Shown here: positions 59,371 to 64,000 of the stretch, in pieces
Position numbering within the stretch: position 1 is the first letter of the stretch
Layout: the number at the start of each line of letters is the position of its first letter
Assembly (NCBI GenBank): GCA_039096225.1
Contig: JBBPEB010000021.1
Span: forward strand, 620,001-684,000
Origin: Blastocystis sp. Blastoise
Lineage: Eukaryota; Protista; Bigyra: Opalinata
Reading direction: 5' to 3'
DNA length: 64,000 nucleotides
The notes under the pieces: model-generated
The model's database searches: none
What the model was told of the DNA's origin: nothing
Seen by the model: only the letters and a program-made list of their open reading frames with translations
Made by a program: the position numbers and the translations under genes

Positions 59371-60528
59371 TTGTTTAACTTATAATAATCAATTGAATTC
59401 CTCTGTAAATTATGATAATAGACTTCATGGGTTATAAGAAGTGAAAATAATTAAAGTGAATATCCATCAATCATTTATCACTTTATCATGTATACATACT
59501 TTATATAAGAAAATTGATCTGTAAGTATATCTGATTCAATTGTTGTATATAAGAAGTAGAATCTCAAATTCTATCACTAGTCTCTTTCTATTTAAAAAAT
59601 ATTATTTTTAAATCTGGAAGAGTACCATAAATATTTCCTAGAATAAATGTAGGGAATCTAGAAAATATAATAATTAGGTCCTGGAAAAAAGAATGAGGGG
59701 GAAATCCGTCAGTGGTCTATTTTTTTGAAAAATACCGGAAATGATTCGATAATCATTTTTTGTAATGTATATTATTGGATGAACGAGTTTCAATAGGTAC
59801 CTTACAAAACTACTTTTCTGTGTCTCAACAAATGGTCCCTAATATTAAAAAACTCACATGGAAGACGATACGAAAGCCACTATTTGAATTATTCATTTTA
59901 TTCAATTATGAATAATCTCAATAAAAACAATATGTCCATGAGAATCTCCATGACAAAAAAATAATGAGAAACCATGATAAAAATATCATTATTTTTTATT
60001 CAATTGTTTTCTTGTCAATTGTAATATGTGTGTATCGTCTAAGATAGTTGAATCTCCATTATTTTATGTTTAGTAAGAAATATGTGCGATATAAATCCAA
60101 ATAAAAAAAGATTAGTTGCAACTTCAATAGGATTGCTAAGGTATGTGCTTTTTTTTATTTTATGTTATGTAGTTTAGTCTATTTGTTGCATGACTTATCA
60201 TTTCTTGTTTTCATTATTTTGAATTGTTGACAAAACAAAAATTGTGGAATAAGTGCATTAAAACTGTTATTTTGCATGAGAAACACCTTTATTTTAGGAG
60301 AAAGTGTGTCTTATTCTCCTATTTGTATATAATACTGATATTAGTTTCCGGATAACATTGAAAATTCAAATTCAAATTACGAATTTGAATTTTTTCTTTG
60401 GATTTTAAGAAATATTTCTAGAAATTGCTTCAAAGAAAATTACTAAGAAAAACTTGGCAATACAAAGAAACGAATTTTTTTTGTTTTCTTTTTTTATTCT
60501 TTTGAATTAAAGATATATATATATTAAA

Positions 60529-60792
60529 ATGGCTTCTATTTTTGATTTATTCAGTCAAGTTGAGACTGTTCTACCATTTCCAAAATTAATTTTATTTTTT
60601 GTTCTTCTTTCTGTCACTTTGACAAGTTTGTATATATATCTTACTATTCAAGAAATAAAAGAAGAGCGAGAAGAAAAGCAAAGAAAAGCATTACTTGAGC
60701 AAAAAGATACTATAAAAGAAACAAAAAATGTTTCAAAAACTCAATCAAATAAAAATATGAATAAAAAAAGAAAGCAAGTTAAGAAGAACTAG
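60529..60792 (+). CDS. Small single-TM protein with a basic coiled tail (intronless, 87 aa)
   Basis: aaaATGG start context, hydrophobic LILFFVLLSVTLTSLYIYL, K/E-rich C-terminus, coding-like composition. Confidence 0.7.
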   Translation: MASIFDLFSQVETVLPFPKLILFFVLLSVTLTSLYIYLTIQEIKEEREEKQRKALLEQKDTIKETKNVSKTQSNKNMNKKRKQVKKN

Positions 60793-61042
60793 AAAATATG
60801 ATGATATGCACAATAATTGATTAAATAGTGTTGTTATAACTAGGATTGTTATGTGAGTTTATTTATGAATTTTTATTGTATTGTTTTTCTTTTTTTTTAT
60901 TATGTTGTTTTTCTTTTTTATATAATAATATTAATTTACTGAAGATAACACTATTATAGATAAATGAATCAAGAATAAATAAAAGATTAATAAAAAATAT
61001 ATATTTTTATTACAAAAGAATTAGAAGAACAATAATATATAT

Positions 61043-63038
61043 TTAATTATGTCCTTCAGGTTGTTGTTGAGTAATACAATGAATATTACCACCACCTAAT
61101 AAAATTTCTCTAGTAAAAATTTGAACAACAGTTTTTTCAGGGAAAAGTTCTTCAAAGATTTTCTTAGCCATCTATAGAATATATAGATATATAATAATAA
61201 TAATAATTAAGAATATTATTTAGGATAATTAATTTTTAAGTGTATAATGATTAGAAAATAATAATAATATATTAATAAATACAATAATAAGAATAATATA
61301 ATACTATAAATATAATAAATAAAATGAATATAGCAAATAATACTATAATATAATAATAAATATTTGATCTTCTTTAACATTATATCCAGGTAAAATAACA
61401 GCATCATTAGCAAAGTAGAAATTAGCGTAAGAACCAGGAAGACGTTGACCTTCTTCTCTTCCTATAGTACCTTCTTCTTCTTCTATACCATCAATTTCAT
61501 CCTACATAGATTAATAATTATATTTATATATATTGATTAATTAATTAATATTTATATAGTTTAATTAATAAATAAATATATATAGTTTAATTAATATATA
61601 TAATAATTAAAAAAATATAAATAATAATAATAAAAAAGTATATAATTTAAAAAAAAATGAAGAAAGACAAACAAATAACACATAAATACCTTTTGTCTAA
61701 TAAGACCAGTAGGAATATATAATTTATGAATTTTAATATATCTTCCACAAGCATCTTGTTCTTGTTTCAGTACATTTTCAGCTTCTCTACATATTTCATA
61801 TTGAGGGTCTTGAATATCATCAGTCCAAGCCATAACGACTTCACCTGGTTTTACATATACACAGAAATTATCAACATGACCATTGGTATCAACATCACCA
61901 TATAAACCACGAGGGAACCAAATTACCTAGAATAGAACAAGATTATTATATAATCATATATTGAAGAAGTACATAAAGACAATTAAATATATTCTTAAAC
62001 ATTATTTTATAATGTATATATAAAAGCAATAGTAAAATAAAGAAGAACAAAAAGAAATATAATTTAAAAAAAAATAATAAATAAATAAATAAAATAAATA
62101 AAATAATAATATTAAAAAAAACATATTAAATAATAAATAAAATAATAATTATAAAAAAAACATAATAAATAATAAATAAAATAATAATATAAAAAACATA
62201 ATAAATAATAATTAAAATAATAATTAAAAAAACTTACCTTTTTAAGATTAAACATAGTTTTTAAATTATTTTCAATTTCTTGTTTAGTTAAAGAAGGATT
62301 ACGATTATGATTTAATAAGCATTCTTCTGTAGTTAATAAAGTACCTTCTCCATCAACAGAAATAGATCCACCTTCTAAAATCATTTGTTGTTTATAACGT
62401 TCTAAACGTTCAATATTACATATTTTATTAGGTATACTATTATCATCACTCCAATCATCATAGCAACCACCTTCTAAACCACCCCAAGCATTAAATTCCC
62501 AATCAGTACCACGAACTATACCCTCCTTATTCATTACAAAGATAGGAGCTAGAAATATACAAGAATTATTATTTATAGTATAAAAATAATAGTTATTAGA
62601 TATAGATTCTTATCATTTTTAGAAAATTTATTATATATATATATTATTTTTATTATAAGAATGATATTTAATATATATATTATTGTTATCTTAACTATGA
62701 AATATCTTATCAATAATATAAATAAAAAAAACGTTATAAAATGAAAACATACCAGTATCTCTAAACCAAGAATCATTTTGAGACATTTCAATGACTCTAA
62801 CATTCTTATCAAGAATAGAACGAGCATATTCAAATTGTTCCTTAGGAGCACAAACAGTAACAGGTTCAAAACGAGCAATAGCATTAGCTACATCAGCAAA
62901 ATTAAGTTGAGCATACTTAGCATTACATCTCCAATTATCAGGACGAACAGGGAAACCCATCCAAGTTTGTTTATGTTTCGACCATTCAGCAGGCATGAAA
63001 AAGCTATCTTTAACAGGAGTAGAATTCACAATTGACAT
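61043..63038 (-). CDS. aguA: Agmatine deiminase (agmatine iminohydrolase)
   Basis: [79 protein letters not shown]; 4 introns. Confidence 0.96.
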
Positions 63039-63543
63039 TATCTTTTAGAGAATTATAATCAACAATAGAATGAATAAAAGAATTGACCATTTTTTTCTTG
63101 ATAAAAACAAAGTCTGGTTTTCCTTTATTTGTTTATGTTTCTTGAGTTTCCCATGGAAACATGTCATTTCTTCATTGATATTTGAAAAAAAACAGCCATT
63201 CAAAAAAAAGAAATTCTCCTATTGAACTAATAGAATCAGAGAAAATTTGTCAATAAAAATACATAAAAAAATTGTTTCCATTTTACATCATTATGTACTA
63301 AAAATAATTATTTATCTTTAATATACAAATCTTTGTTGCGTATTTGTGAATACTAATAAATATACACAAATATTTTTCAGTTTATAAAATAATATTAGAA
63401 AAAAACATAAACAACACATGCAAATCACAGTAGTTTTTTTAATTGGCTTATAACCAAAATAAATGATATATATTACAATAAAAAGAATTTTTTTACAGTA
63501 CGTGCTTTATTATTTTCATGCAGATTGGTTAATATTTTTGAAT

Positions 63544-64000
63544 TTAGAAACCAAGACCTTTGAAAGGATCATTAGCAAGAGGATTAGAAGCAGGTATATA
63601 GATGATATTCAATAATAAAAATTATGATTTATATTTTTAAAATATATATATATATATATATATTCAACAAAATAAAATAAATTATAATTATAATTACATA
63701 GGTTGTTGTTGTTGTTGATACATATTATTATAGGGATTATATTGTTGTTGAGGCTGTTGAGGTTGTTGGGCAGGAGCAGCGAAACCAGTGTTGAATCCAC
63801 CAAAGCTAAAAGGATCAGCAGCAGGAGCAGGAGCGGGAGCAGCAGCAGGAGCACCAAATCCACTATTATAACCACCAAAACTGAAAGGATCAGCAGCAGG
63901 AGCAGGAGCGGCGGCAGGAGCAGGTGCAGCAAAACCAGTGTTGAATCCACCAAAGCTAAAAGGATCAGCAGCAGCGGGAGCGGGAGCAGGAGCAGCGGCA
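63544..64000 (-). CDS. 3' end of an A/P-rich protein with repeated DPF motifs (endocytic adaptor-like: epsin/ANTH/ArfGAP type)
   Basis: Repeats of APAPAADPFSFGGFNTGFAAP, a Q-rich stretch, and terminal NDPFKGLGF*; the gene continues beyond the window. Confidence 0.75.

Noticed and set aside
63780-64000. GC-rich repeats with spacers, superficially CRISPR-like
   Set aside because: They are in-frame coding repeats (APAPAADPFSFGGF) in a eukaryotic gene.

Overview
A very AT-rich, gene-dense, intron-rich eukaryotic nuclear region. By inference it comes from a protist, most resembling an AT-rich Blastocystis/opalinate stramenopile. About 19 protein genes were reconstructed by hand across roughly 140-150 short introns: RPN1 3' end, AGC kinase, giant secreted Ig/Cys-rich protein, BTB-TLDc, J-less DnaJ-like, small basic protein, CLASRP, two divergent glycosyltransferase-like genes, 2-TM protein, FAHD2, SERBP1/Stm1, GNL3/Nug1, VPS50, NUP85, DYRK-like pseudokinase, small TM protein, agmatine deiminase, and the 3' end of a DPF-repeat protein. 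Most introns read GTATAT...TATAG and are filled with (TA)n or sense-strand (TAT)n, so most short poly-Y/I/L ORFs in the track are intron artefacts. Four signals stand out. (1) Five phase-0 AT-AC minor-spliceosome (U12) introns in five genes, an unusually high density. (2) Six 3'-proximal introns whose termini are not GT/AG but copy the adjoining exon; this is either a polishing artefact or RNA-templated change. (3) A strongly over-represented GC-rich E2F-like motif (TTCCCGCG family) in both orientations inside exons. (4) Introns made of essentially pure (TA)n between duplicated proto-splice sites. No rRNA, tRNA, CRISPR array or recognisable transposon was seen.
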